In this document: positions 39,723 to 51,789 of the stretch, piece after piece
How the letters are laid out: every line of letters starts with the position of its first letter
Position numbering within the stretch: the stretch's first letter is position 1
NCBI GenBank assembly: GCA_040954595.2
Contig: CM082598.2
Span: 3,778,565 to 3,842,564 of the forward strand
From: Balanoglossus misakiensis
Taxonomy: Eukaryota > Animalia > Hemichordata
Direction: 5' to 3'
DNA length: 64,000 nucleotides
Program-made: the position numbers and the translations under genes
The notes under the pieces: generated by a model
Told to the model about the DNA's origin: nothing
The model's database searches: none
What the model saw: only the letters and a program-made list of their open reading frames with translations

Positions 39723-42700
39723 CTTTGGTGCCGTCTGGTTGAATCTGTTCCTTAACCAAAACTGAACGTTTCCCAAGCACATCTGCGAAAACACGGATAT
39801 CTGTGACGTCATGTACTGGGAGATGAAGTCCATATTATTTTCGGACTGAGGCAAAGGTAACCGCGATGTGACTGATACCGTAAGACTTATATTTCCATTA
39901 GTCAGCGAATTATTCTCTTTGCCCCTATCACCAGCATAGATTTTGCAATCAAGGTATATTTATTGAAAATTAGCCAGAGAAGTTCTCCAGTAACCCAACA
40001 AGATAACTTTTCACCGAATTGCACAATAAAGTTAACGAGAGCCACGTGAGGCTGTGTCTCGTCCAAAGATGATCGATAGATAATGGAACCCAATCATGCT
40101 GATAGGGTCAGGTACGTGCATTATGCACGAATCTTCTTTTTATCGGTTTCTGCAATTGCGTCAATTTGTATCATAGGTGCTTCCCGAAGTGTTTAAGACT
40201 GATGTTAACACTTCATTGAGACGATGACTGGCAGTTAAGATGAAGTACTGTTTACAGGAAAATAAAAAAGTACAACGAAAACAGAAAACGTCTATCGATA
40301 GACCGACAAGTGGTAATAACCGACATCTCTGGTCAATTGCCATGCCTTGTTGGCCTGGCAACTTCTCAGCAACAGAACGAGGTTCCTCTGAGAATAAGCA
40401 TGTCAATCGAGCTGGGGAGTTTTGATGGTGGCATCACAGTGCTAAGGTTTATTGCAAAATGATTTTCAACTATCCAAACTGGTGAACTTTTGGTCCAAAA
40501 TCTGACGTAGGATAAGGTCAATAACTGGCGATAATCTTGCCATTGAATCACAATTGTTAACGCCCTCAATTTTTGGTCCAGTAAACGAAAAGAAGCAGCC
40601 AGTTTCACATGGTTGTCGTTGGGGGCGGTGCGCATATGCGCATGCGGGGTATGATTAATGGCTGATGATTGGTGTCATTCAGTTTGGACAACAATACGCG
40701 ACGAGAGTTCCGCCAGGACAGATTCGTGAACTTTCGCGGTATACACTGTCTCCTATGGAAATATAGCTATTGTTACCATGGCAAATTGAGATCCAGTCAA
40801 TCACAGATTTTCAGTAGGTGGCACACGCGAAAAAAAAAAGAAATAAGAAAGCGACTAATGATCTGATCCCTCTATTTTATACACATTCGTATACGAAAGT
40901 GTGATGACTGATACCAGTGTGCCTGCGACCTCACTGCTAAAAAATCGCTTAATGTGTATTAACTCCGCGGCTTACACATGGTATGAGCTGGTTTGGGGAC
41001 AGTTGTCAAGCACAGTAAGCCAGAATGATGTACGTTGATTTTGAAATCGTAACGCCCTTTTTGCTCTGACTTCCATATGTTGCGTGGGCAACATTTATCA
41101 ATGTTTGTATCTGCATTCCTGGGTTCACAACATTGCGAGTAAAGATCATCATTATGGGTACGAGATGCTTTAAACGAGCGTTTAAAAACGCCGCACATCA
41201 TCAGATGTCCCAAGGTAACATATTTGGCAAGTCTGGGTGTATTGATCTCGGATTATAAAGTCGAACGCGGCTTGTCCGTTTTTTCAAGGTTGTCGATTGT
41301 GTGTATTAAATAGGTCAACATCCTTATTGATCCAAGTTGACACCGCTGATCTGGGTTAGTAAGTCGTGTAGGCTGGGTGGAAACGGCCGAGCGGAAACAG
41401 CTTGCAGTCTCCGCATCGCATTCTCGCGAGCCAGTTTTCCTTTCGCCGTCTCGGTACTCTGTTGCCGTAAAGAGGCCCTGTTGTCGTAAACAGATGCGCC
41501 ATGGTTTACGACGATGCCGTATATCGGTGTCGTTTAGGACAAGTGTACTTGCATCTTCACGCTGCGAATACGACGTGGGTCAAGTCTCTGATTTGTGTTG
41601 TTTTGCTTTGGTTTGTTTGTTTTGTTTTCCATATGGTAGTTTTGGGAGGGGTGAACATACAAGTCGTTAATCAACCCAACAACTGTCCGCGTGTAATTAA
41701 TATAGACCCTGGAAATCCGGGGTTCGATGGTTTCAGTAAAATAATAAAATGCCTATTGTTATTGAACATTTTTAGCACGGAGGTACCCTGATAAAAAAAA
41801 TTAATCAATACTTCAGCAATATATTTTGAAATAGCTTAAATACCAAAGGTTATTTATTTATATTCATGGAATTGACTTTTTTTGACTTGCGCGGATGCCG
41901 TACTTGCAATACATGTAGCTCGACTGTTATTTCAATCGGGGTGGAAAGAAGAAAACTATATTCAATCCAAGAGCCAGGAGAAAGGGAATAAAAGCTTCCG
42001 GTCCAGAGGCTAACTGACTGGACGAGGAATGTGTAATTAATAAAACAAAGAATCAATACTATTATGGATGATATGTACGTACAGTGTATTCAAGACATCT
42101 TAATTGCTGGTTACGTAATGAATACCTGTATGCCAACTGGATGAGCTGGTGTTTTTTTTCTAAATAACACAACAGTGTAGAACGTAGTAATTTGACACAA
42201 ATTCAAATTTTCGGATTGCTGTTATGCGTTGTTTTATAGAAACCTTATTTTGTCGTATTCTCAATTCTGATAAAAATGACCACTGCATATGCATTTCTGC
42301 TGGTACTGTACATTGTTTTGACGTGCACGTCACGTGATGTGGGTGTGACGCCGGATCTTTGTCGATAGGTGGCGCTACCATGTAAACAAAGCTAATGCGG
42401 TCAGCCTCTAATATTGAATTAGCATACAATAACAAGAACCTCACAATACGGGCCGGATTTTACTGGATGTGCGCTGGCAGCTTCGGGTTGTGTTGATCTA
42501 CACATAGCAACATTAATTTTTCTTTCTGTTGGGAGTCGCCATAACGCGTTGAGCGAAAGGACTGAATTCAGTGCCGAACTGCGTGGTGGAGTGAACATAT
42601 ACTACATACAGTACAGTGTGAGTAATTGTACGTACGCAGTCAACCTGTGGACCAGGCTAAAAGCATTGCGTCACCGCCCTGCAGCACTGCGTAGACAGAC

Positions 42701-42822
42701 GGAGCGAAATCGTCGAATTTCTGTGTCGTTGAATTTGTGTGTGTAAAACAGGGAACCGGTAGTCGACTGTCGTGTTGTGTGCTACGAAAGCTTGACTTGT
42801 AAATTCATAAAATTGTATTCAG

Positions 42823-44337
42823 ATGACAAGGATATTCAAAATGCTCTGCTCACGTATGCCAATGGGCTTCGGCCTTCGTATAAAGCTTATACATATGTCA
42901 TTGGTGGTTCTGTTTGTTGCCTGCTATTTTCGGACTTCTAAATCTGAACCGTCGAAGGAATTCGTAGATGGGACGGAAAAATATGACACGGACGTGCTGA
43001 TCCTGGGTGCCGGGGCGACCGGCATAGCCGCGGCGAAAATATTCCATAACCACGGCCTCGATAATTTTCTCATCCTGGAAGGCTCTGATCGCATCGGCGG
43101 GAGAGTGATGGAGATCGAGTTTGCGGGGAAGACTCTGGAAGTGGGCGCCAACTGGGTGCATTCGGGCGACAAGAAGGAGAACCCGCTGGTCGATCTGGCA
43201 GAGAAATACGGTCTGAAAGGAAAGAACAGTGACTGGGCCAGCAAAAGAGTCCGGGACGCGAACGGAGCCGACGTGACCAACCGAAGCACCGCCCGGGAAA
43301 AGGTGTTGGACAAAGCGTTGGCCTTTTCGCATAAGCTGGCGCTGGAGTTGCTGCAGAAGAACAAATCGGACATCTCCTTTCGAGCTTCGCTGCGTCTCGG
43401 CGGCTGGAATCCCAAAACGCCGATAGACAAAGTCCTGGAATATCTCAATATTGACTTTGAGTACGGCGATATACCGTACATAACTTCGTTGAAATCTTCG
43501 GCGGTTGTGAACACTGGCAAATCTCTTTTTGTGACCGACCAGCGCGGGTTTAGCTTCGTTCTGAAGGCGCTCGCAGAAGAATTCATGAAGATGGGAGACC
43601 CGCGCTTGAAGTTGGGGAAAGTCGTCAGCCAGATTAGCTGGAGTCGCCGAGGCGTCAAGGTTCGTTGTCTTGACGACACAGTCTACAGAGCTCGCTTTGC
43701 TCTGCTCACCTTTAGCATCGGGGTCTTGCAGAACGGCGTTGTCAAGTTCAACCCGCCCCTGCCGGCCTGGAAGCGGTTGGAGATAGAGCAGTTCGATATG
43801 GCCCTCTACACCAAAATTTTCTTGAAATTCCCGAACGGCACAAAACGCTTCTGGGACGACGAGGAGTTCATACTTCATGCCCACCCACGGCGCGGTTTTT
43901 ATCCCGTTTGGCAAAATTTAGAAGCCCGCGGACTTTTCGACGAGGGAACGAATATTCTGCTGGTGACGGTAACCGGGGAAGAGGCTCGGAGACTAGAATC
44001 GGAAACAGATGACGTCATCAAGATGGAGGTCATGCGCGTGTTACGTCACCTGTACGGCGACCACATCCCCGACGCGGAAGCCATCGCGCTCCATCGCTGG
44101 TCGCGCGATCCTCTCTTCTTCGGCGCGTACAGCAACTGGCCAGTGGAGGTCTCCATAGAACACCAGAAACGACTGCAGGCCAACCTCGGAAGGTTGTATT
44201 TCGGCGGGGAAGCCACTGACCCACAGTGGAACGGCTACATCGAGGCGGGGTTGATTTCCGGCCGAAGGGAAGCGTTGAAAATACTGAAGTGCAGAGAAGG
44301 CGATTGCGAAGAATTCGCGCCAAAAGACTCAAAGTAA
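42823..44337 (+). CDS. FAD-dependent polyamine oxidase (flavin amine oxidase, plant/fungal PAO-like), single coding exon, up to 504 aa
   Basis: Rossmann motif VLILGAGATGIAAA...LEGSDRIGGR; GANWV; SIGVLQ..VKFNPPLPAWK...FDMALYTKIFLKFP; RWSRDPLFFGAYSNWP; YFGGEAT...NGYIEAGLISG. N-terminal hydrophobic segment. The exact start among ATGs at 42823-42895 is uncertain. Probable 5'UTR intron 42618-42822. Confidence 0.92.
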   Translation: MTRIFKMLCSRMPMGFGLRIKLIHMSLVVLFVACYFRTSKSEPSKEFVDGTEKYDTDVLILGAGATGIAAAKIFHNHGLDNFLILEGSDRIGGRVMEIEFAGKTLEVGANWVHSGDKKENPLVDLAEKYGLKGKNSDWASKRVRDANGADVTNRSTAREKVLDKALAFSHKLALELLQKNKSDISFRASLRLGGWNPKTPIDKVLEYLNIDFEYGDIPYITSLKSSAVVNTGKSLFVTDQRGFSFVLKALAEEFMKMGDPRLKLGKVVSQISWSRRGVKVRCLDDTVYRARFALLTFSIGVLQNGVVKFNPPLPAWKRLEIEQFDMALYTKIFLKFPNGTKRFWDDEEFILHAHPRRGFYPVWQNLEARGLFDEGTNILLVTVTGEEARRLESETDDVIKMEVMRVLRHLYGDHIPDAEAIALHRWSRDPLFFGAYSNWPVEVSIEHQKRLQANLGRLYFGGEATDPQWNGYIEAGLISGRREALKILKCREGDCEEFAPKDSK

Positions 44338-46119
44338 ACGACACGAGAAATAACTCAACACAAACCTGTTGATCAGTACGAGTTTTACTGACTTTTAGCA
44401 TTATAATTTAATGACATAATTTCTGATGTGTACTGCAAACTATTTCAGCAAAGTAATAAAGTTTTCGTGATGTCAGAACTGTGAAAATTAACATGAACAA
44501 AAACTAATGTTTAAGACTTTCCGTCAAATAACTCAAATCAGGCGTTCTTGTTTTATCTTCTGTCTCGTGATAGGCTGTATTGCGAAGTTGATCTTCTTCT
44601 GTTAAGAATGCACTGAAATGTTGGCGTATAGTTTAATACTAGACTGTTTTCTCAAAAAGTTGGCCTCTTGCACGCAAAGTTTTTGCTTTGACGCAGTGTT
44701 GTGAAATGTTCACATAAAACACACGACATGTTTACATCGGTGAGTGGGCGTATTTTGGTTAACATTTATACGTGGGAGTAATTTACGATATTGTTGTGTT
44801 TTTGGTGTTGGCGGATATTGATGAAAAATACGTGACCGAAGAGAAATTTCTGAACTTTAACTTACTGAAATTAATGATTAATATTTATCATAATATAAAT
44901 AAATATAAATAAATAAATACTGGCAATTTGTATATCGAAGCCTCTCATCGGATTTGTTGTGGCCCCACTCACGAAGCGGAGGTTATTTGCAAGGAATCCA
45001 TTTACGTTTATATCTGTAAAGCTGGCGGATTTTTATGGAATTAAGCTATCAAGAGAGGGGATGTGTAAATGAGTTTTTCTGGCGCTGGGGTCCAGCTACT
45101 GAAATATTTAACAAGCATTTTGAAGTTAGTGTTCTTATCGTCTCATCGGGCGTCTATATCTGCAATAAAGACCTATGAAATGCAAATTTCATCACTTTGG
45201 TGTGTGGTGTGTCCTCATTAATTTCAAAGACCCTAATTTATTTCTAACGTGTTTTATTCTCGCTATAAATATCGCCTGAATATAGTACCATTCATCACTG
45301 TACAGGAGATCGATATCCTCTCTCACAGCGCCACCACTGGCCATTGCAAGGTAAGAAAACTACCAGGCTCACGTGACGAAATAAGTAGAAAATGCCAGTT
45401 ACAATAGGGCCATCTTGATTGCTAAGTCGTTGCACCAGGTATCCCATGGCAACGACACTAGTCTATCGATAGCCTTTTCTTCTGGGTTTAATATAATACT
45501 AAATAGGGATTATGGTCCTAGCCATAATATTCACGACCCCCGCTACAAATATTGGAGAAGAAATAGTTAATTTCGGATATAGCCCCCCCCCCCCCCCAAA
45601 AAAAAAAACACAGTCTGATAATATTAATCCCATAAGCGGAGTCCATCTTCTAGAGGATCGGACGATGAAGCGCATTCCCAGATGATCACCAATGGAGGCA
45701 TGGAATCTGCGTTGTCAAAATGTTTACATATCCAAGCCGGTTGGAAATGCTTCGTTCGTGTCCTGTCCCCCTTTCCCCGGGAGGTTGTATCACACAACCG
45801 CGACCCGGTGTCAAAAGATCACTCCCTTCGCTGATATCAAGTTACATTCACAGCTGCGTGGGCAGTTCAGAAAGAGTGTGATAATTTCTGTTTTATTATA
45901 CACACAGATGGCACGACCCTTTGCATTCTTAATATTTAGATACTTGTGGAAATGCTAAAGGTTAAATGGGTGTGTAAGAATTCTATAAATTCCATTCGTT
46001 TTTGTAGGGAGTGAAAATAGCGTCTAAGCCCCCAATAAAGTCACATGCACTTCTTAGGCTGTCGTCTGCTGGTTCTTGTTTGGACCATTATGCAAAAGTA
46101 CTAGTACGCACCTCAAAAA

Positions 46120-46369
46120 TCAAAGGGTGACGATCGTCTGACCAAAGGAGTCGATGTCATATTAAGGTAGTGTGCTGTCCTAATAGCAGACAAGATGGCG
46201 GCGATCATAGTCTGTGTCGGAGATCGGGAAAGACAGCAAATCGGGTGAAAAGAAGGGACAAAACTAAACGTCTACTTACAGTACGGTGCCCAGGAAATAT
46301 AGTAGGAAATTTGAATGCAGAACACTTGGATTGGACGAAAGTAGGCACTAGACGATCGTCACCCTTTAA
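46120..46369. mobile_element. TTAA-type MITE (Kolobok-like termini); internal sequence shared with 11050-11200
   Basis: TIRs AAAGGGTGACGATCGTCT / AGACGATCGTCACCCTTT. The internal AAGATGGCGGCGATCATA.TCTG.GTCGGAGATCGGGAAA also occurs at ~11054. Confidence 0.65.
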
Positions 46370-47209
46370 ACCTTTCTCATATTTTGCCCATACTAATTTT
46401 AGATTATTGTAACGGAAATTATGTCGGACTGAGGTCCCCAAAATTGTCAAGCCTTACAACTCCATTGTACTACAGTGTACGTGCGAGGTACACTAGACGA
46501 AAAAAAAAATGATAACGCTATTCAGCAATATAGCAACAATGTATAAGAACAATAGAAGCGACACCCAAGGAAAGTCTACAGCTGCAAAACGCAGACAGAA
46601 CGAACGAGCAGCACAAATCTTTTCTACTGCTGCCATAAATTTAACGGAAATAATGTCGGACTGAGGTCCCAAAAATTGTCAAGCCTTAGTGAATGACGAA
46701 CCATGGACCAGACAGCCAACTCAACGGTAGCGTAAACGTAGCACGATCGAGCCTTGACGGCGTAGACCGGCCCGTTACAAGTCCTGATTCGATTTACCTC
46801 GCACACGGCAGAACGTGCGCTGAGAGACGTGCTGAAAAGACCGCCCGACCGACCTGAGCGTTGCGCTCACACAAATACCAAGAAAAACCTCGGAATTACG
46901 ATCCGTAGACAACTAAACCTCTCAGAGGTTACAGACAAAGTGTTCCCACAGACGTGGAGAAAGGTTTGAACGAAAATATAAGAAAGATAGAGGTAAAGTA
47001 CGAATTCAGATCATCACAACCGAGAGCGAGATGCTCACAGTTCAACCGCCATGTCTCGTCTGCTTTTGGATGTCGAGGGGAGTCACTATACCTGCAACAA
47101 GCCCACGTGATACAAGCTCCGCCCCCAATCGTGGAAAATTGACAGTTTCTCCTGCTATGGGGTATCTCAGTCTGAGAATCAGGGAAAAGTCGCATTTCTT
47201 GAGATATGA

Positions 47210-47279
47210 GTCTGTGTGTAGCCCGGAAACCAGGGCGTCGATTCTAATCCACGCCCTGGTCTCCGGGCTAGTCTGTGTG
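47210..47279. mobile_element. 52-bp hairpin mini-element with 9-bp TSD
   Basis: GTCTGTGTG|TAGCCCGGAAACCAGGGCGT...ACGCCCTGGTCTCCGGGCTA|GTCTGTGTG. Confidence 0.75.
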
Positions 47280-47340
47280 CGGCATTGACCTAGCAATTCC
47301 GTGAAATTATTCTCGTTTTAAATTGAGCATACAAAGAATG

Positions 47341-48138
47341 TCATAAGCTTATGGTGGCTTTGATTCGCTTCTTGTGCATAGCCTCATAGTAAGGGATGGC
47401 CTCTTTGATGCGGTCCTTTACGAACCCGGGGGCGTGCTCCCAGTCGACCTGCGTGTCAACAGTGGGTTGGAAGCCAGTGCTTTTCACGGCCTGGCCGAAG
47501 AATGACTCGGTGAAAAACGAATCCCTGTGGATATCTTCCCAGTGGGTGATGTTTCCCGCCTTCCATTGCAGCATGTCGGTTCGAAACTGCAGACCCACGA
47601 TGGAGCACCACTGCTTCAGGATGTCGTCTGGGTGATTGGCGAGCTCGTCTGAGTCGAGGACAACTGGCGGCTGCCCCAGCACCCCCGTGGCGTGTCTGAA
47701 CAGTTCGTACAGGTGGTTTAACCCCCCTCCCTCGGGGATCCACGGTGCATACGGCATTCCGGCCTTCAAACAAGCCTGCCATAAGCTGGTGATGGATCTT
47801 CGTGGATCACGTATGATAAACGTGTGTTTGAAGTCCACAGGCAGACGTTCAAAGTTCCCATCCAGAGAAAAACCCATGTCTTTACAGAAGACTACATTCT
47901 TCCCAGGGTAGACTCTTTCCAGCCTGTCCTTCACCTGGCCGTACCTGAACCCCCGTAGAGGGCGTGCGTGCTCCAGGTGGATGGGTCGCTCTTCTCCGTT
48001 ATAGTATGCCAAGGCGTACAGTTCGTGGAAAGCTTGAACTCCTGGCAGTGTGACCACAGCTAGTTCCAAAGCCGTTGATCGGGAACGAGGATGAGCCCAG
48101 GCCATAATTCGCAGTGGTGGTGTTCCGTCTGGATTCAT
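47341..48138 (-). CDS. Sulfotransferase-like P-loop protein (Sulfotransfer_5 / 'BCAT-like protein' N-domain family), copy 1, 265 aa
   Basis: MNPDGTPPLRIMAWAHPRSRSTALE (5'-PSB-like), FHELY, VFCKDM, HTFIIRDPRRSITS (3'-PB-like), PPVVLDSDEL..HP, MLQW, STGF. Acceptor at 48148-48150; upstream non-coding exon donor at 49058. Confidence 0.8.
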   Translation of the reverse strand: MNPDGTPPLRIMAWAHPRSRSTALELAVVTLPGVQAFHELYALAYYNGEERPIHLEHARPLRGFRYGQVKDRLERVYPGKNVVFCKDMGFSLDGNFERLPVDFKHTFIIRDPRRSITSLWQACLKAGMPYAPWIPEGGGLNHLYELFRHATGVLGQPPVVLDSDELANHPDDILKQWCSIVGLQFRTDMLQWKAGNITHWEDIHRDSFFTESFFGQAVKSTGFQPTVDTQVDWEHAPGFVKDRIKEAIPYYEAMHKKRIKATISL

Positions 48139-49593
48139 GTTTCTGACCTGCAAGAGACAGTAAACAGACGTTTCTTTCACATACACGCTTGGTTTGTGCA
48201 TTATGCGCATTGCTGCTTCAGAACCCGGCCAATCTTGTGCCTCCGGGGCTGTTCAGTATTGTGAATAAACAGAGTAAAGACTTGTAGACCGTAAATTCGA
48301 GACTTAGAAGTCGTGTTCCATTTACCCAAGGCGTGACAGAGCCAACGAAGAGTATCCAGTCTACGTTGTACAATTTCTTTTTCTACAGGGTCGCCGACCA
48401 CCACCACCACGCGCGACCCTTCAATTGTATTACAAGCCAGTAACAACAACACAAACGACATAAATAAACGATGGCATTTCTAAACTTACGCCGAAATGTT
48501 TCTGCGGTTCCCAAATTAGGACGTACTTTTAAACCGTCTTATCAGCAGTGTGATTGAGAAACGAAATCCTGCAAACGGACACTTGTCAAACACGAGTCTA
48601 CACGACCCCGTCGTTTCATAATACGACAAAAACCTAGCCACACATTTTGTGGTCGACATGATTTAGAAATCCCTTAAACATCACGGAGACGTTAAGTACA
48701 CTCGGCTACCATCTACAGCCCGGGGTATCCATTACATGAAGATGACCCAGCCTTCTCGAACGCATGCGTTTTACTTTCCCTTTCAACGACATGGAACACA
48801 CAATGTCACGAATTGCATTGTAATAACACTCTCTAATGGACAAACGACAAAGCACGCTATACCATATATGATATAGTGAACCTTGATATATAATATCGGT
48901 GAACTTAATTTGGATTTTGAGGTCATCTCAGTGATAGTGATTATGCCTCTCATAGGATGGGCCACTGCAAACATGGCTGTGTGGTGCGGCAGGTCAAGAC
49001 GACCTCTTACCACAATGGATATGATATCGATTTTCTGAAAATTACCACGAATACTCACACACGATCGACGAGACTATATTTGCACGTCACCGGATTTGCT
49101 GTTTATCAGGCGATACCATTTACGTCTGTTGCAACAGGCTGCACGGTTCTGTCAGTCTGCGGCAGAAAAAACGCGTCGCTATATAGAGGGCGCTAACCTC
49201 TACCACCCATGCTACGGGGTTAGCGTGCAATAATGATAGGGGAGGTAGCTCAGCGTGGGGAAGGCTGTGTGCCTTTAGTACGGCCTCAACCAGGCTTGGC
49301 CGTAAGACACACAGCCCTGTCTAGAACTATAGGGAGGGCTAATGTAGGTAGTGGAGTTAAGACCGACAGATGACGATGGCGCCTTGCATGGGAACTTCGC
49401 TGTGCCACTGACTTTTTGCCTCCATTGAACACTCGCTTGCTGCAGAGTGATGCGAACGTAACCAAAAAGTAGCTGTAACTCTTCACATTGGCTGCTGCAC
49501 TAAGAAGATCTCCCCACGTCAAAGAATTCCAAGTAGAACATGAGAAATTTCTACTAGGTCAATACGCCGACGATTCATTCTTATTTCTAGATG

Positions 49594-50051
49594 GATCACA
49601 AAGCTCATTACAGGAAGTGCTTTTAATACTAAAACAATTGTCTTTGATTTCCGGTCTTTGTCCAAATTTTGAGTAAACAAAGGCTATTTGGTTTGGTTCG
49701 AGAGCATACTGTAATGAACAATTAGAAACTGATTATAATATACATTGGTCTGATCACAAAGCTCATTACAGGAAGTGCTTTTAATACTAACACAATTGTC
49801 TTTGATTTCCGGTCTTTGTCTAAATTTTGAGAAAACAAAAGCTATTTGGTTTGGTTCGAGAGCATACTGTAATGAACAATTAGAAACTGATTATAATATA
49901 CATTGGTCTGATCACAAAGCTCATTACAGGAAGTGCTTTTAATACTAAAACAATTGTCTTTGATTTCCGGTCTTTGTCCAAATTTTGAGAAAACAAAAGC
50001 TATTTGGTTTGGTTCGAGAGCATACTGTAATGAACAATTAGAAACTGATTA
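49594..50051 (+). repeat. 158-bp tandem triplication inside the LINE RT region
   Basis: GATCACAAAGCTCATTACAGG... begins at 49594, 49752 and 49910. Confidence 0.9.
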
Positions 50052-50370
50052 CAGGGTTCTCCACGCTTTGAAAATTAACAAGGGCGGATAATTTACATAA
50101 TATTAGCCTATCATTTGCATAAAATTAACACAATGCTTCTTTGTATTTGTGGAATGCACCAGAGTATTAACCCTTAAATTAAAGTGCTTTAAAATTCTAA
50201 TCATTATAATATACATTGGTCTGACGAACCTTTCATCCTGCTTGGAATTACCTTTGACGTCAAATTAGAGAAATACGAAAAACTGAACTATATTCTGGTA
50301 ATTGATTTAATTAAACGACTTTTGAATATGTGGTTCGTCAATACTACCAAAGATTTCACTGCTACAACAG

Positions 50371-50818
50371 TTAAACCCCGGTGCGGGGTATAAAAGACCC
50401 CCCAAATCAGTGGCGAATCTTAATGCCGTTTGACTGACAACAGACAACACCAACGATCTTGGCTCTATGAAAATCGGCCCAAACAGGTCCAAGCATAAAG
50501 AATTACACCACACAACGACAGTAGTTGGCTTTATAAACACACACAACATAAAGTTATCTACGAAAAAGTACACGAGCTTATGAAACAACGATGATTTTGG
50601 GAGAAATCTGGTTTCAGTGCTTTTCAGAAGCGTCCCTGGGAAACAATAACCACGCCATTCAAACAGTTGTCAATCGCGTGGAAGTGTGAAGTGTTCAATT
50701 ATTTTCTGTGTACATGAGAGCAATTACACAGTCATTATGCACGACGACCACTCCCAAATAAACAACTATACAAACACACGTTAATCCAAACCCCAGGACT
50801 TTCCGCACCGGGGTTTAA
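50371..50818. mobile_element. Non-autonomous TTAA-targeting DNA transposon (piggyBac-like MITE) nested in the LINE
   Basis: TTAA|ACCCCGGTGCGG ... CCGCACCGGGGT|TTAA: 12-bp TIRs with TTAA target duplication. Confidence 0.75.
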
Positions 50819-51789
50819 ATGATGCATTTTCAAGCTTTATTTGGAATAACAGACAAGCAATATGTGTCTCATTGACGCCATACCGAGACAGTGGAAAGAA
50901 AATGCTAAAAAGAACCCAAATCAATTAAATAACAACCAACCGTTCATATCAGGAAAAGTTTGTAGACAAGTTTATTTAAACCTTTTTCAAAATTGTACAA
51001 AGAAAAGAGTAAAATCTCAAAGCAGCACAACGAAATGGATAGAGGAATTCAATCTGAATGAAGGGCTAACAAAATTCTTTCCACTTATTTTCAAAATCAC
51101 AGATGACACAGCCCTGCAAAGTTTCCAGTATAAAATATTAACTCGAATCATAGATACAAATAGATTTTTAAGAATAAGAAATGTAATTGATTCAGACAAA
51201 TGTACTTTCTGTCGTCTTTGGACTGAAGACATAATTCTTCTTTTCTTTGAATGTGAACATGTCCTACAATTTTGGGGAGATATTGAATTAGTTCTGCTTC
51301 GAAATTGTAATATTCAACTTACTCTATCACCAGAGAATGTAATGATTTTGGGAAAGATCATGGAAGACAACTTTTAACTTGTCAATTTTATCACTCTTTT
51401 AGGTAAGAAACATATATACGAATGTAAGAAAAAACACAAAATACCAAATATACAATATTTTATGAAATGGGTACAACAAAAAATTGAAATTGAAAAATGT
51501 AAAATGAAATTAAAAGAATTTGACAAAATGAACCCTGGTCCCAAATGGAAACATCTAAGTCAGTTTTGTGGACAGTCCCCACCATTATAAATAGTAAAAA
51601 TACGCGGATGTAACTTTGTTTTTGTTTTCTTTCTTTATCAGATGTAAAGTTTACTACAGTTTGCCAAACCCTTTCCCAGCCTCTGTTTTTTCGTTTCTTT
51701 CTAGTCTCCGGGCTAGTCTGTGTGCGGCATTGACCTAGCTAGCAATTCCGTGACATTATTCTCTTTTTAAATTGAGCATACAAAGAATG

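Larger units (their letters stand above)
49491..51703 (+). mobile_element. 5'-truncated, decayed L1/Tx1-clade non-LTR retrotransposon (ORF2 RT and C-terminal zinc-binding region) with nested insertions
   Basis: RT motif LLGQYADDSFLFL...SLISGLCPNFE*TKAIWFGS; C-terminal zf-RVT-like FQYKILTRIIDTNRFL...CTFCRLWTEDIILLFFECEHVLQFW; stops and frameshifts; T-rich 3' region. Confidence 0.85.

Noticed and set aside
38358-39755. 465-aa plus-strand ORF and other long overlapping ORFs in the esterase exon
   Set aside because: Antisense or alternate-frame shadows of a GC3-rich coding exon; no recognisable motifs.
39723-39854. 44-aa N-terminal extension of the esterase ORF
   Set aside because: Starts at a non-ATG codon and spans a probable splice acceptor (~39783); the signal peptide starts at ATG 39722.
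42898-43914. 338-aa and 251-aa minus-strand ORFs
   Set aside because: Antisense shadows of the polyamine oxidase CDS.
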